DNA of 62,750 nucleotides, counting the filler, from Nemertoderma westbladi (lineage: Eukaryota > Animalia > Xenacoelomorpha): NCBI GenBank assembly GCA_032718475.1. It is 3 parts of 3 records of this genome, joined end to end, with 100 filler letters (N's around TTAATTAATTAA, not from the genome) between each part and the next. Parts side by side here need not be neighbours in the genome. Positions count along the whole stretch, not along the records: positions 27,900 to 58,114 come from JAUCBJ010006089.1; 2 more parts are not named here. One strand, written 5' to 3'. Shown here in pieces: positions 33,760 to 44,596 of this stretch. A model generated the notes under the pieces. The model did no database searches and was not told the origin of the DNA. It saw only the letters and a program-made list of their open reading frames with translations. The first letter of the stretch is position 1. Every line of letters starts with the position of its first letter. Position numbers and translations under genes: made by a program.

Positions 33760-36700
33760 CTAAGGTGCCCCTTCTAATAGACAGCATTTCCCTACAGCTC
33801 TGCTGTCGGTTTTTCTGTCTTTCGCACCTATCTTGCCACCTATCCGCACTTCTACTGATCGGACTCTTCCGTCCTCATCGGAGTAAGTGCCTACGACTCT
33901 CGCCAACCGCCACTGGTTGTTGATGATAGTATCATCCGTAACGATTACGAGATCTCCCTCTCTTAACTCCCTATTCGACTTCCTCCACTTGCTTCTTTTG
34001 TGAAGCGTGGGTAGGTATTCCTCAACCCACCTCCTCCAATACTCTGCGCTTATCGCTTTAGCGACTTTCCAACTCTGGCGGGAGTGTATGTCGTCTGGGT
34101 CCACACCCCGCATATCGATGGTAGCTGGCCTTTCCATTAGAAAATGGCTGGGCGTCAGCACATCTAATGACTCCGGGTCATCATTCTCCGGATATAGCGG
34201 TCTGCTATTAATGATACCCTCGCACTTCGCAAGTACTGTTCGCAAGACGTCCTCCGTGACCATGTGGGTGTTCATTAACTTCGTCATGAGACGCTTCGAA
34301 GTGCCCACCAGTCTCTCGACGCATCCTAGTGTATGTGGTGCATACGGCGTCCTTCTCTCCCACTTTACTTGTCGTCGTCTCATGGCTGCCCTGACTTCCT
34401 CCCCTTCCAAGGTGTCCAAGGCCTCTGCCATCTCGTTCTCTGCTCCCACAAAGTTGGTTCTGCTGTTGGAGTACATTACTGCGATCGTCCCACCTTTGCG
34501 GTCTCTGAACCTTTCTAACGCGTTAATGAATGCTGATGCGGTTGCATCCTGGGCGAGTTCTATCCCTACCGCCCGCGTGTTATTGCATACGAAGATGATA
34601 CCGTAGCGTTTCTCCGTGTGCCGCATCACCTTGATCTTTATCGGCCCGAACATGTCCACACCGCAATGTGTAAATGGCGGGTCGTGCTGTCTTACTCTAC
34701 TCGCTGGTAGTGGTGCCATCTCTTGTATGGCTCGCTCCTTCTTCGCTCGTTGGCAGGTCTGGCACTGCCCCACTACCGCTTTTACCTTCTTCCTCAACTG
34801 CTTGACCCAAAAGGTCCTCCGTATCTCCGTGAGGGTTCGGTTGGTGCCCCCGTGCAATATCGACTTGTGGGAGTCCCAGATAATCTGGTGGACTATTGGC
34901 GATCCTGTGGGAATGATGATGGGTTTCGGTGGTACGACTATGCTGTTGTTGTATCCCACCCTAGAATTCATTACTAGAATCCCATCGTCATTAAGTTGTG
35001 GCGACAGCGTGATCAGCTCGCTGTCCCGTCGAAGGTGCTGTTGTATACCGACGCGTTCCACCTCGTCGCCATAGTTCTTCCGTTGTTCATAGCGGATGAC
35101 TGCCTTGGCCGCTCCTTCCAGATCTATGGTTGTCCTGATCTTCTTGTCTTTGCCAACTCCCACGAGGAAATTCCCGAAGGCTCTCCAGTACGCCACTAAT
35201 TTCTTGGTCTTATACCAACTAGAGCTGTAGCTGAGGAGTTTATCCGTTGGGTTATCGCACAGTTCTTCTGGTTTAGGTTGCACGTCCCTTATCTCCCTCA
35301 CCATCTGGGAGTATATCTCTTCTCCCTCTGAATCTCCCTCTTCTCCTTCTGACACTACCTCTCCTGAGCCCGGATCCACCTTTCTCATCAGCGGCCAGGC
35401 CTCCTTGTCGCTCAGAAACTGCGGCCCGTGTTGCCACAATCCTTCCTTTTTTAAGAAAGTGTGGCGTGCCACGCCCCTTGATAACAAGTCCGCTGGGTTC
35501 TCGTCCGTTGGGTAGTAGTGCCACCTTTCCAATTCTGTGGTCGCCCTTATCTCGTCCACCCTATTCGCGACGGATATAGGGTATCTCGTCCTTTCGTTAT
35601 GTAGCCAACCAAGCACTGCAATGGAGTCCGTCCAGTAGTGTGTCTCCACTATGTTGGGAATATTATCCACTAGGTAGGCTGTGGCTCTAACTCCTAGTCT
35701 CGCAGCTGTCAATTCTAATTTGGGAACTGATGCTGAATCTGGCGGCGTTGACTTCGCTTTGCTAAAGGCCAGTCTGGGCTTATGAGCCCCCTCTCGTTGT
35801 ACTAAATAGAGTGCCGCTCCGTACGCCTCCAACGACGCATCGGAGAACATGTGTAAGTCCAGATTCGTCATGTTCCCATCCGGGAAATACACTCGTGGCA
35901 TGTTGTATGTTCCCATCTTCTCCAAATCTTCTGTCCACTTACACCACTGTTTCTTGATCTCCTCTGGTACCTCTACGTCCCACTCATCCTTCAATTTGTA
36001 TACTCTCTTGAGTATCTGTTTCCCCGTGACTAATAGTGGGGATGCTAGACCTAGGGGATCGTATATTCTTGCTATGTATGAGACATAGCCTCTCTTTGTG
36101 TGGATGTCTGCACCCTCCTGGCTCAGCTGGTACTTCAATTCATCTGTCTCTCTGTTCCACACGATTCCCAGTGCCTTCTGTTGAGATTCTGTCCTCTTGT
36201 TCGCCATGTCCTGCCCTTTGGCTGTTGTGGGATTATCCATGGTCAATTCTGGTCTCTTGTCCTCTATCGCCTTGATAAATTCCTCCGAACTGGGTTGGAA
36301 TTTGGTCAGGTTAAAGCCGGATCCTTTTAGGATGTCGCGAACCTCGCGCCCTGTGTCCAGTATCTCCTTAACCGTATTTCCAGACTCCATTCCGTCGTCT
36401 ACGTAGAAGCCGCGTCGAATCATATCGACGGCACTAGTGCTGTATCTATCCTCCTTCCCCTTCACTGTATCTCTCACTGCCATAGTCGTTGTAAATGAAG
36501 ACGACTTGGCTCCCATGTTCTGTACTACCATCTTGTACGCCGGTATTATCGACGGTTCTTCCTCGCCGTTATACCATAAGAAGCGTTGACTGTCGCTATC
36601 TTCCTCCGTTACACGGACTTGGTTGAACATGCCTTCTATGTCACACGTGAAGGCGTGTTTCCCATTTCTAAATCTAAGTAGGACCTCTATCCCTGAGTTA

Positions 36701-37050
36701 TATATGTTTGGACCTTCTAGCAGATAGTCGTTTAAGCATTTTCCGTTGGTCTTTGCCGATGCGTCAACTACCATCCGCAGTTTACCTTTCTTTGGGTCTA
36801 AAGCCACGTGGAGTGGCAGGTAATATGTCCTGTCCGTGTTTGGTTCGTCGACCGGTAACTCCACGGCCCATCCTTTCTCGACGTACTTCTTAATCGTTCT
36901 GTGGATGTACTCATTCTTCTCGGGGCTCCGTTTTAGTGTCTGTTTCAGCTTGCGGAGCCTCGTGAGTACCATCCCTCTATTATCGGGCAGTGGTAAGTTC
37001 GGTAGCTTCCATACCATTCCTATGGTGTACCGCCCCTCGTCGCACTTCAT
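33760..37050 (-). CDS. pol: Bel/Pao pol (RT, RNase H, integrase; protease missing; integrase Asp mutated)
   Basis: YYLPLH, KLRMVVDAS, CDIEGMFNQ and FYVDDG (RT); FSDAS, KLEL, WTDS and NPADLLSRG (RNase H); HKSILH...CQTC, GVDMFGP, SNSRTNF and VERLVG (integrase); LTPSHFL and W.LARV in the C-terminal domain. Confidence 0.95.
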   Translation of the reverse strand: MKCDEGRYTIGMVWKLPNLPLPDNRGMVLTRLRKLKQTLKRSPEKNEYIHRTIKKYVEKGWAVELPVDEPNTDRTYYLPLHVALDPKKGKLRMVVDASAKTNGKCLNDYLLEGPNIYNSGIEVLLRFRNGKHAFTCDIEGMFNQVRVTEEDSDSQRFLWYNGEEEPSIIPAYKMVVQNMGAKSSSFTTTMAVRDTVKGKEDRYSTSAVDMIRRGFYVDDGMESGNTVKEILDTGREVRDILKGSGFNLTKFQPSSEEFIKAIEDKRPELTMDNPTTAKGQDMANKRTESQQKALGIVWNRETDELKYQLSQEGADIHTKRGYVSYIARIYDPLGLASPLLVTGKQILKRVYKLKDEWDVEVPEEIKKQWCKWTEDLEKMGTYNMPRVYFPDGNMTNLDLHMFSDASLEAYGAALYLVQREGAHKPRLAFSKAKSTPPDSASVPKLELTAARLGVRATAYLVDNIPNIVETHYWTDSIAVLGWLHNERTRYPISVANRVDEIRATTELERWHYYPTDENPADLLSRGVARHTFLKKEGLWQHGPQFLSDKEAWPLMRKVDPGSGEVVSEGEEGDSEGEEIYSQMVREIRDVQPKPEELCDNPTDKLLSYSSSWYKTKKLVAYWRAFGNFLVGVGKDKKIRTTIDLEGAAKAVIRYEQRKNYGDEVERVGIQQHLRRDSELITLSPQLNDDGILVMNSRVGYNNSIVVPPKPIIIPTGSPIVHQIIWDSHKSILHGGTNRTLTEIRRTFWVKQLRKKVKAVVGQCQTCQRAKKERAIQEMAPLPASRVRQHDPPFTHCGVDMFGPIKIKVMRHTEKRYGIIFVCNNTRAVGIELAQDATASAFINALERFRDRKGGTIAVMYSNSRTNFVGAENEMAEALDTLEGEEVRAAMRRRQVKWERRTPYAPHTLGCVERLVGTSKRLMTKLMNTHMVTEDVLRTVLAKCEGIINSRPLYPENDDPESLDVLTPSHFLMERPATIDMRGVDPDDIHSRQSWKVAKAISAEYWRRWVEEYLPTLHKRSKWRKSNRELREGDLVIVTDDTIINNQWRLARVVGTYSDEDGRVRSVEVRIGGKIGAKDRKTDSRAVGKCCLLEGAP

Positions 37051-37059
37051 AGACTCCTC

Positions 37060-39965
37060 TATGGTCTACTACTCTCGTCTTCGTGCCGGTACATCGTGTA
37101 CCCCTCCCTCGACGCGTAATGCGTCTCGTTAGGTCGCGTCTCTCCGGGACGACGGCGATCTCCCGAAGTTCGACCCCACCGACTCTCCCTTTCCATCTCC
37201 ACCACCGACGGCTCGCTATCCGTCCTCACTCTCCTGCCGTTCGCGGAGATACTTCTTCTGCTGTCTTCTCTTCTTCTCTTTTCAGTGCAGTATTCCCGCT
37301 CGTGAGATCTCTCGTCGATCTCCCGGTTAAACTCCACTCTTCTTCTTCCCTCTTCTGATCGGGCTCGACGCTTCGTCTGCCCTCTCGCGACGTCAACCTG
37401 CCTCTCTCTGCTCGATCGCACGCCGCTGGGGATACTCGCAATCCCCCTATTACTCTCCTTCACCGGGTGTTGCGGTTTACCTAGCTCGGCCCGCGCATTA
37501 TCCGCTGACGCCTGTGGGACACTCTCTGCCCCCCCCCCCCCTCGCTACTAATCTGTCGTGGTGGGGCGCCCGTAGCCTCCCCCCCCCCCCCCACCCGCCG
37601 CATCTAACTTCACCATCTCCTACCACACTTCTGCGTCCCTCCTGTCGGACATTCTCCACCCCACTTCTCTCGCCACTAATCTTCCGTGGTGGGGCGCCCG
37701 TAGCCCCCCCCCCCCCCCCACTCGCCACATCTTACTTCACTATCTTTTACTTCGCTACTATACCCCTCTCTAGCCGACACATCAACCCTACTGCGGCTGG
37801 GTCTATTCACCCACGCCTCTCCCTCTGCTACTGTGTGGCCTACCAGGCCTACTCCGGGTTGGCTCAACCCCGCCACCTCCTGCCTACTAACTACGTGGCC
37901 TACCAGGCCGCCGTCGGCTCGACTCAGCCCCGCCACCTCCTGCCTACCAACTACGTGGCCTACCAGGCCGCCGTCGGGTCGACTCAACCCCGCCACCTCC
38001 TGCCTACTAACTACGTGGCCTACCAGGTCGCCGTCTGTCGGGTCATACACGTCCGACGCGTTCGCGTTAATAGCACCTATATTAGAAACGGAATTATTTT
38101 GTTCATTCGAAATAGAATCATTTGGATTATTTTGCGCGACTACACTATTTGAATTATTTTGTAAATTCGGGCTTGGATCATTATTTAAATTATTTGAGTT
38201 ATTATTATTTTCTAAACTTAAATTATTATTCGGATTATTTTGCACGTTTAAATTGAAATTATTATTTAGACTATTTGTATTTAAATTCAAATTACTACTA
38301 CCAGGCAAAGTATTTCCTGCAATATAAGCTTGGTTAGGATTATCCGATACGGTACCATTAATATTAACGTCGTCTACGGTAGTATTATTATTACCCCCCC
38401 CGCCCGTACGGTCACACCAGTTTCATGTCTGTCGTGCGGTCCCTGTAAGTGGGGTATTAATAAATGTATCCACGGCCCTTGGCTCCTCGAAAATATTCGA
38501 GCCAGTCCCGCTCTCAGACGCCCCTATCCGCGCCAGTTCTAGTTCGCGCATGCGTCTAGCATTGTACTCTATAAGCTCGCTTTGCTGTCTTTCCAATTCT
38601 TTTCGCTCACGCTCCTCTCTTGCCATTCTCTCCCGATCCTCCCGTGCGTTCTGGTCGGCCAATTCCGCCTCTCTCTTAGCTCCCTCCCTTCGCCTCGCCT
38701 CACGCTCTCTACGCTCACTTTCTTCCCTCGCCTCACGCTCTTTGCGTTCATTTTCCTCTCTCGCCTCACGTTCCCTATGCGTTCCGCCTCACGCTCTTTG
38801 CGTTCCGCCTCACACTCTTTGCGTTCACTTTTCTCTCTCGCCACACGCTCCTCTTGTTCCTTCCTCCCTATTTCCTCACACTCTCTAAGGCTTTTCGCGG
38901 CCCTTTCGGCCTCTCTCTAGTTTCTCTAATCAGTACCGCTTCCCTCTCTAGTTGCATTCTCCCCTCCTCTAACCGTCTATTTATCTCTCTCTGACCTTGC
39001 TCTATCAGGTCGAGATGGTACGTGGCATTTATCTCTCTCACCCGTCTTTCTTTTACGGAGGATGTAGCAGACTTATTGGTTACGACGGATTCCCTCCGCC
39101 TTCCCGACCTACTAACTTTCCCCCTCCTCCCAGAACTTCCCCCGACCGACGAGATCGAATCCTCGGGGTCAACCTCGGATTCGCCCTCATCAGGTCTCCT
39201 CCAACCCACTGATTTTATACCCTGGGCATCGACTAAGTATGGCCCTACGTACACTGCACTAGGTTGCATGCCCCTACACCGCCATAAATCACATAGTTCC
39301 TCGGCAACCCCTTTCGCTCTCTCCTTGGCCAGTTCTTTCTGCCCGAAACGCATTAGATAACTAAAATGTCTATCCGACTCACCTAGTCCTGTTGTTAACT
39401 TCACCTCATCTATCTTCGCCCCCTCCTTGGCCTCCTTAAGTAGATTCCGGGTTGCGTTGTAGGCCCGTCGAAGTCGATCAGAAACCCCGACGTCCTCGTC
39501 GCCGACCTCTCCTCCGTCTCTCCGGGTCCGACATTGTACCGGCGGCCCCACCGTCGCCGTTCCGGTGGGCCGTCCGTCGCCCTCGGCCTGTGGCTGGCCA
39601 GCGACATCGGTACCGACATCTCCCTCATCTCTCCGGGTCCGGCGTTGTACCGTCGGCCCCACCGTCGCCGTTTCGGTGGGCCGCTCGTCGCCCTCGGCCT
39701 GTGGCTGGCCGGCGACATCGGTACGTCGACCCTCGTTCCGTGTCGACTCGTCTTCTTCTCCGTCCCTCTCGCCCTCTCCTTCTCTCAACTCGGTTCCTCC
39801 AGGTCCTCTCGGCTCGATCTCTGGCTCCAGACGGCCCCCTTCATCCTGATCTGCCGGATGATCCGTTACCGATGGGTCCGGCGTCGTGGGCCCGTACCGT
39901 CTGGTCACGGCCTCGCGAATCATTGGGTCTTCCTCCGGGGTCCGCGTTGGCGTAACGTCACTCAT
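37060..39965 (-). pseudogene. gag: Frameshifted, internally deleted gag region
   Basis: ATG at 39965 just after the 5' LTR. A 365-aa ORF is followed by overlapping frames with an E/R coiled coil (38900-38550), an Asn-rich tract and internal repeats. No capsid, knuckle or protease motifs were recognised before pol. Confidence 0.7.
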
Positions 39966-40005
39966 CTTGTATCTTGTTTAACTAAGGCAGGTCGGATTCA
40001 ATTAC

Positions 40006-40523
40006 TGTGACGTGATCCACAGAGGATCCCGGTTTATCCGGTTTTCGATGGTTATTGGTTATTCGAGAGTTATTGTTCGCTGTATAAAGTTCCCAGGTAT
40101 AATAGTATAGATATGAATGAGTTACATAAGTCCAATAGATAATGGTATAAAATGAGATAACGGTAGGTACAACGACGGTAATTGAAGTACCGGTTCTACC
40201 CTAGCTAAACCGACCAACACAATGAGATAACTGAGATAACTGATTACTGTAAACTGGTTATATTGCACTGGTTGGCCTTGTTACTCTACCTAGCCGGTGC
40301 CACCCTCCCATTGGCTAATATCCCTGTTGGCGCCCTTTGGAGTGTTTCCCTTCACTCCAGCTATTCTCTCTCGGTCAGGGGTGTGGCCCCTGACCCTTAT
40401 TGTGTGTTTCTCCTTCGCATTTTATTGGGATGGCACGAGGTTGGGTAATCAACCTCGTGGCCCCCAATATTGCTTAACGGCTTACTTTATGGGTTTGTGT
40501 TAGCGGAATTGAATAAGCTAACA
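40006..40523 (-). repeat. 5' LTR (518 bp)
   Basis: TGTGAC...GCTAACA. Direct repeat of 28812-29371 with three indel or replacement blocks. Confidence 0.95.
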
Positions 40524-42516
40524 AACAGGCTTTTCCAGCAAGTAAGATATACGGTTGTGCGTTCCACTATACGCAAAGGCTATAAACGAGAAACCGATAA
40601 GATAGGACTCAAGGCGGTTTGCAAGATGGACTCAGACGAAGGACGAACCATAAAGTTATTGTTCAAACAAATCCGTACCCTCCCCTTTGTGCCAGACTGC
40701 CACCGTCTCAATTTCGCGAATACGCTAATCAACATGAACCTACCGTCTCAGCAACCACATAAAAAATTGTGTGCTGCAATTTCGAAACTACTTTGGATTT
40801 CTGGATGAGACCCGATGTTTTCCCTCTTTGGGGCCAATTTGGGAACAGGGGCCCACGGACCACCAACTACGTGGAAGGCTGGCACAACGGCCTCCATTCA
40901 CGCCATTCCAACCGCCCCCATCGCTGGGCGAATTTATTTTATTTCTGCAGAAAGCGCAAGGTGACGCACGAATATAGGTGCTGTCAACAACGGAACCATC
41001 GGTTCAGTCTCCCCAGTCCCCACAGCAACGCACTCGTGATATCCACCTCCTTGCATAGATGGATCTATTTCAAGGCTTCATGCAGGTCAATCCTGTATTC
41101 TTCGACGACCTCCTCAACTACATTTCACGCATTGCAGATATACTGTAGGTGTCCTTCCCCAGCAGCTTGATTAACTAAGACTGTATAGACTGTAAGATTG
41201 TATATAGGCTAGAAGTGGCTTCGCGATGGACGAACTGGAACTACTGTACTACTGTTTGTCTACACTACAGTATATTATATTGGTACAGTTACTGTGCATC
41301 AATAATTATTTTACAGTATATGGCATGTGAGTTCCTGTTTAAATAATAAATAATATTGAAAGGGTGTTAAAAAACTATTTTAAAATCAATTTACTTAGAC
41401 ACTTTGTAAATATTATCTTAGCCTAATGCTGTGTCGGACTTTCGTCCTGGTGTTTCGGTCTTCGTCTTTATTTTTCGGACTTTCGTCCTATTCGGACCTT
41501 CGTTATGGGGCGCCGTTTGGGCCAAAAATAAAAAAAACATATTATATTAAAAAGTTATAATGGTATGTTTTTTTATCTTGCCGTTTGGGCCAAAAGTTGT
41601 AATGGTATGTTTTTTTATCTTGCCGTTTGGGCCAAAAGTTGTAATGGTATGTTTTTTTATCTTGCCGTTTGGGCCAAAAGTTGTAATGGTATGTTTTTTT
41701 ATCTTGCCGTTTGGGCCAAAAATAGCTGAGAGGGAAATTTGAATTATCACTTTCTATATACTGTATTTATAGCAATTGCAATTATCATCATACCTGTGAG
41801 CCTGTCTGCCTATACATGATTGTGGATTGTATTTACACACGGCAGCACGGTACCGTATCGCTGTAGGAGTGGACTTTAGGCTTACCTCCCGCTGTATGGG
41901 CCTTGGCCTACCGGTACTCATATACTGTCACTGCGTAATGCTGTAATGTAGCGTTAGGCTGTTAGGTACAAATGACATTCTGACATTAATGCCTCAGTAT
42001 TGCAGTATTGTGGACCACAAGATGTAGGCCTATCACAAGCACAATGTGTAATGCTACAGGGCCTAAAGTATACTGATTTGTACCTAACAGCCTAACGCAT
42101 TACAGCATTACCCAGTGACAGTATATGAGTACTGGTAGGCCAAGGCCCATACAGCCATACAGCGGGAGGTAAGCCTAAAGTCCACTCCTACAGCGATACG
42201 GTACACCGTGTGTAAATACAATCCACAATCATGTATAGGCAGACAGGCTCACAGGTATGATGATAATTGCAATTGCTAAATACAGTATATAGAAAGTGAT
42301 AATTCAAATTTCCCTCTCAGCTATTTTTGGCCCAAACGGCAAGATAAAAAAACATACCATTACAACTTTTGGCCCAAACGGCAAGATAAAAAACATACCA
42401 TTATAACTTTTTAATATAATATGTTTTTTTTATTTTTGGCCCAAACGGCGCCCCATACTTCGTCCTATTCGGACGTTTGTCCCATTCGTCCCATTCGGAC
42501 CTTCGTCCTGGAACCG
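40524..42516 (+). mobile_element. MULE remnant: transposase C-terminus and right terminus
   Basis: GCAFHYTQ, LPFVP and GPRTTNYVEGWHNGL motifs (40530-41170, frameshifted). Subterminal TTCGGACCTTCGTCC-type repeats end ...CTGGAACC at about 42516 and are interrupted by the foldback element. Confidence 0.8.
41504..42457. mobile_element. Foldback non-autonomous transposon (IS3EU-like termini)
   Basis: TATGGGGCGCC...GGCGCCCCATA ends with 6-bp TSD CTTCGT (41498-41503 and 42458-42463). Arms 41504-41973 and 42077-42457 are near-perfect reverse complements apart from copy number of a 40-bp repeat. Confidence 0.85.
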
Positions 42517-42677
42517 CGCAGTCAGGCAGTAGCGGGGCTGCTGAGTCTGTGTAGGTTAACAGCTGATCTCTGATCTGATACCGGTAGCGTCTCCCGTTAA
42601 ACACAAACATCTGACTGTCTGACAGTCTGATCGTCAACTAATTTATAACCGTATTCTTATAAGAGGACAAAGGGATA

Positions 42678-42957
42678 ATGCCTACCGGAAAATCGAAAGG
42701 TCCCACTACAACCCAAAGAACCAAAGGCAATGTGAAGCCTTCTAGTAGTGCTAAAGCCGCTGGTATATTAGTAAAGGAAGGAATGGATACACAAACTATG
42801 CTTAAGTTTTCAACATCCCATGAGGATGAAGGAGTTGCTGATACCGAAATGAACGTGGTTCTACGGAAAATCCAGAAGAAAGACAAACTTACGAGACTAA
42901 AAGCGCTGAAGGAATTTATCGGACTTTGTGAACAGAAATCCGTGGATATTATTAAGG
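42678..42957 (+). CDS. LTN1: E3 ubiquitin ligase Listerin, exon 1
   Basis: QRTKGNVKPSSSAKAAGIL and VVLRKIQKKDKLTRLKALKEF match the conserved Ltn1 N-terminal domain. Donor G|GTAAGT. Confidence 0.92.
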
Positions 42958-43063
42958 GTAAGTAGGCCTAATTTTTATCACCCCATCCCCATGCCATAGT
43001 ACAGTAGTAGCAGCAAGCAGACCGACATGATACAAACAATTCAGATTACAATGATAAAGAGAG

Positions 43064-44243
43064 GGGTAACAGACGTTTCGGTCTAAGACGTTTTGGCCTA
43101 GGACGTTTCGGCCCAATGAGTTAAATAGAAGATTTGCTTGTCGGACGTTTTGGCCCAAAGATTCACTTTACTCCCTTAAATAAGTAATTCAAATATAAAG
43201 TTTAGTCTACACAATGTAATATGTAGAAGATTATATGCATATAATTTTAATACATTTAACTGTTAATTATAATACACCTTAATTAATTTAAATAGGACTA
43301 ATGTTTAACCTCCAATCGCTATTATACATAGATTATCGCCTGTCCCAGAATGTGATATACTGTTATACATGTAGAACCTGACGCAGATAAATTGACATCA
43401 GTAGTTAAGTTATACAATGTTTATTTGCAGAAGCTTCTGTATACTGTACATACTCATATATAGTATAAAAAACGAAGATTATTTGCAACATACAGTACTA
43501 AATTAATGCGGGATATTGTTTGTCTTACTGTTAATTTTGTGCTATTCTCCCTTCGCGTTCAAGAGCAAGACGTTCCGACGTTCGAACATATGTGATAAGC
43601 AAGATATCAGATAGGCCCTATCGCCTGTTCTAGAATTGCTACCGGTATGCGAAATACCAGTGCTAGTTTACAGTCTTCCAATCGTTAATATTGTCTTTAT
43701 TGTTACAAAATTAAATCAATTACTTTATTAAGTTATTCTACTATTTTTAAATATATGTCATCCTCATCATCACTTCTTACAAAGCAAATATAAACCAAAC
43801 ATGATTTTAAGAATAAGTTGTTCAATATATTTGTTTTGAAGTTTTTACGTTACTAGAACAATTGTTACATAGTAGGAACTCTGATCACCTATTCTAAAGT
43901 AGTCAAGATAGACATATTGTTTATTTAATTTTGTAATAAAGGTAAATTAAATAGCCTTTTCATAAGAGATATTTCATTAAGACTTAACAACACTTAGTAT
44001 TGTTTGTATGTTATTGTGAAATAAGTCTAAAATTTTAATGAATAATTATTATCATATAATAAAACAACTTGGCCTTTTCGTTCAGTTGCAGTCATGGGCC
44101 GAAACGTCCGGACCGAATCGTCCGGACCGAATCGTCCGGACCGAATCGTCCGGGCCGAAACGTCCGGACCGAATCGTCCGCGCCGAATCGTCCGGGCCGA
44201 AACGTCCGGGCCGAAACGTCCTAGGCCGAAACGTCTGTATACC
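43064..44243. mobile_element. MULE-type MITE in LTN1 intron 1
   Basis: Termini GGGTAACAGACGTTTCGG / CCGAAACGTCTGTATACC, 15-bp subterminal repeats, 9-bp TSD TAAAGAGAG (43055-43063 and 44244-44252). Confidence 0.85.
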
Positions 44244-44361
44244 TAAAGAGAGAATGACTCTTAATTGCAGGATGCTGCACCACTGCTGCATTGCTGTAGG
44301 TTAGGTTGTTGGGTTGGTTGCACTGTTCTCTACGAGTTGATCTTTCTCACATTTAATTCAG

Positions 44362-44494
44362 GTTGTATGTGTTTATGGCTGCGCGCTTATCCCCATCTAA
44401 TTTACGACTGCGACCGGCGCGTTAGGGAACTAACCCACCAGACTAACGGAATTCTAGCATCACAACTGGGGAAACATTTAGCTCCTTACCTAAA
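44362..44494 (+). CDS. LTN1: Listerin exon 2
   Basis: TTCAG acceptor and GTGAGT donor with compatible phases. Encodes DCDRRVRELTHQ...KHLAPYLK. Confidence 0.92.
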
Positions 44495-44596
44495 GTGAGT
44501 CGAGTACTGGTATCTTACTTACTAAACTTGTGATGACGATATGTTTTGTATCCACGAGTCTGAATTGTTTATTACTATTTATTTCTCTCCACGTAG

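Larger units (their letters stand above)
28812..40523 (-). mobile_element. Bel/Pao LTR retrotransposon with an extra 3' ORF
   Basis: Two TGT...ACA LTRs, 5-bp TSD AACAG (28807-28811 and 40524-40528), PPT at 29372-29380, and a Pao-type RT-RNase H-integrase ORF. Confidence 0.97.

Noticed and set aside
29910-40010. Plus-strand ORFs antisense to ORF3, pol and gag
   Set aside because: Shadow ORFs of GC-rich coding sequence with no domains.
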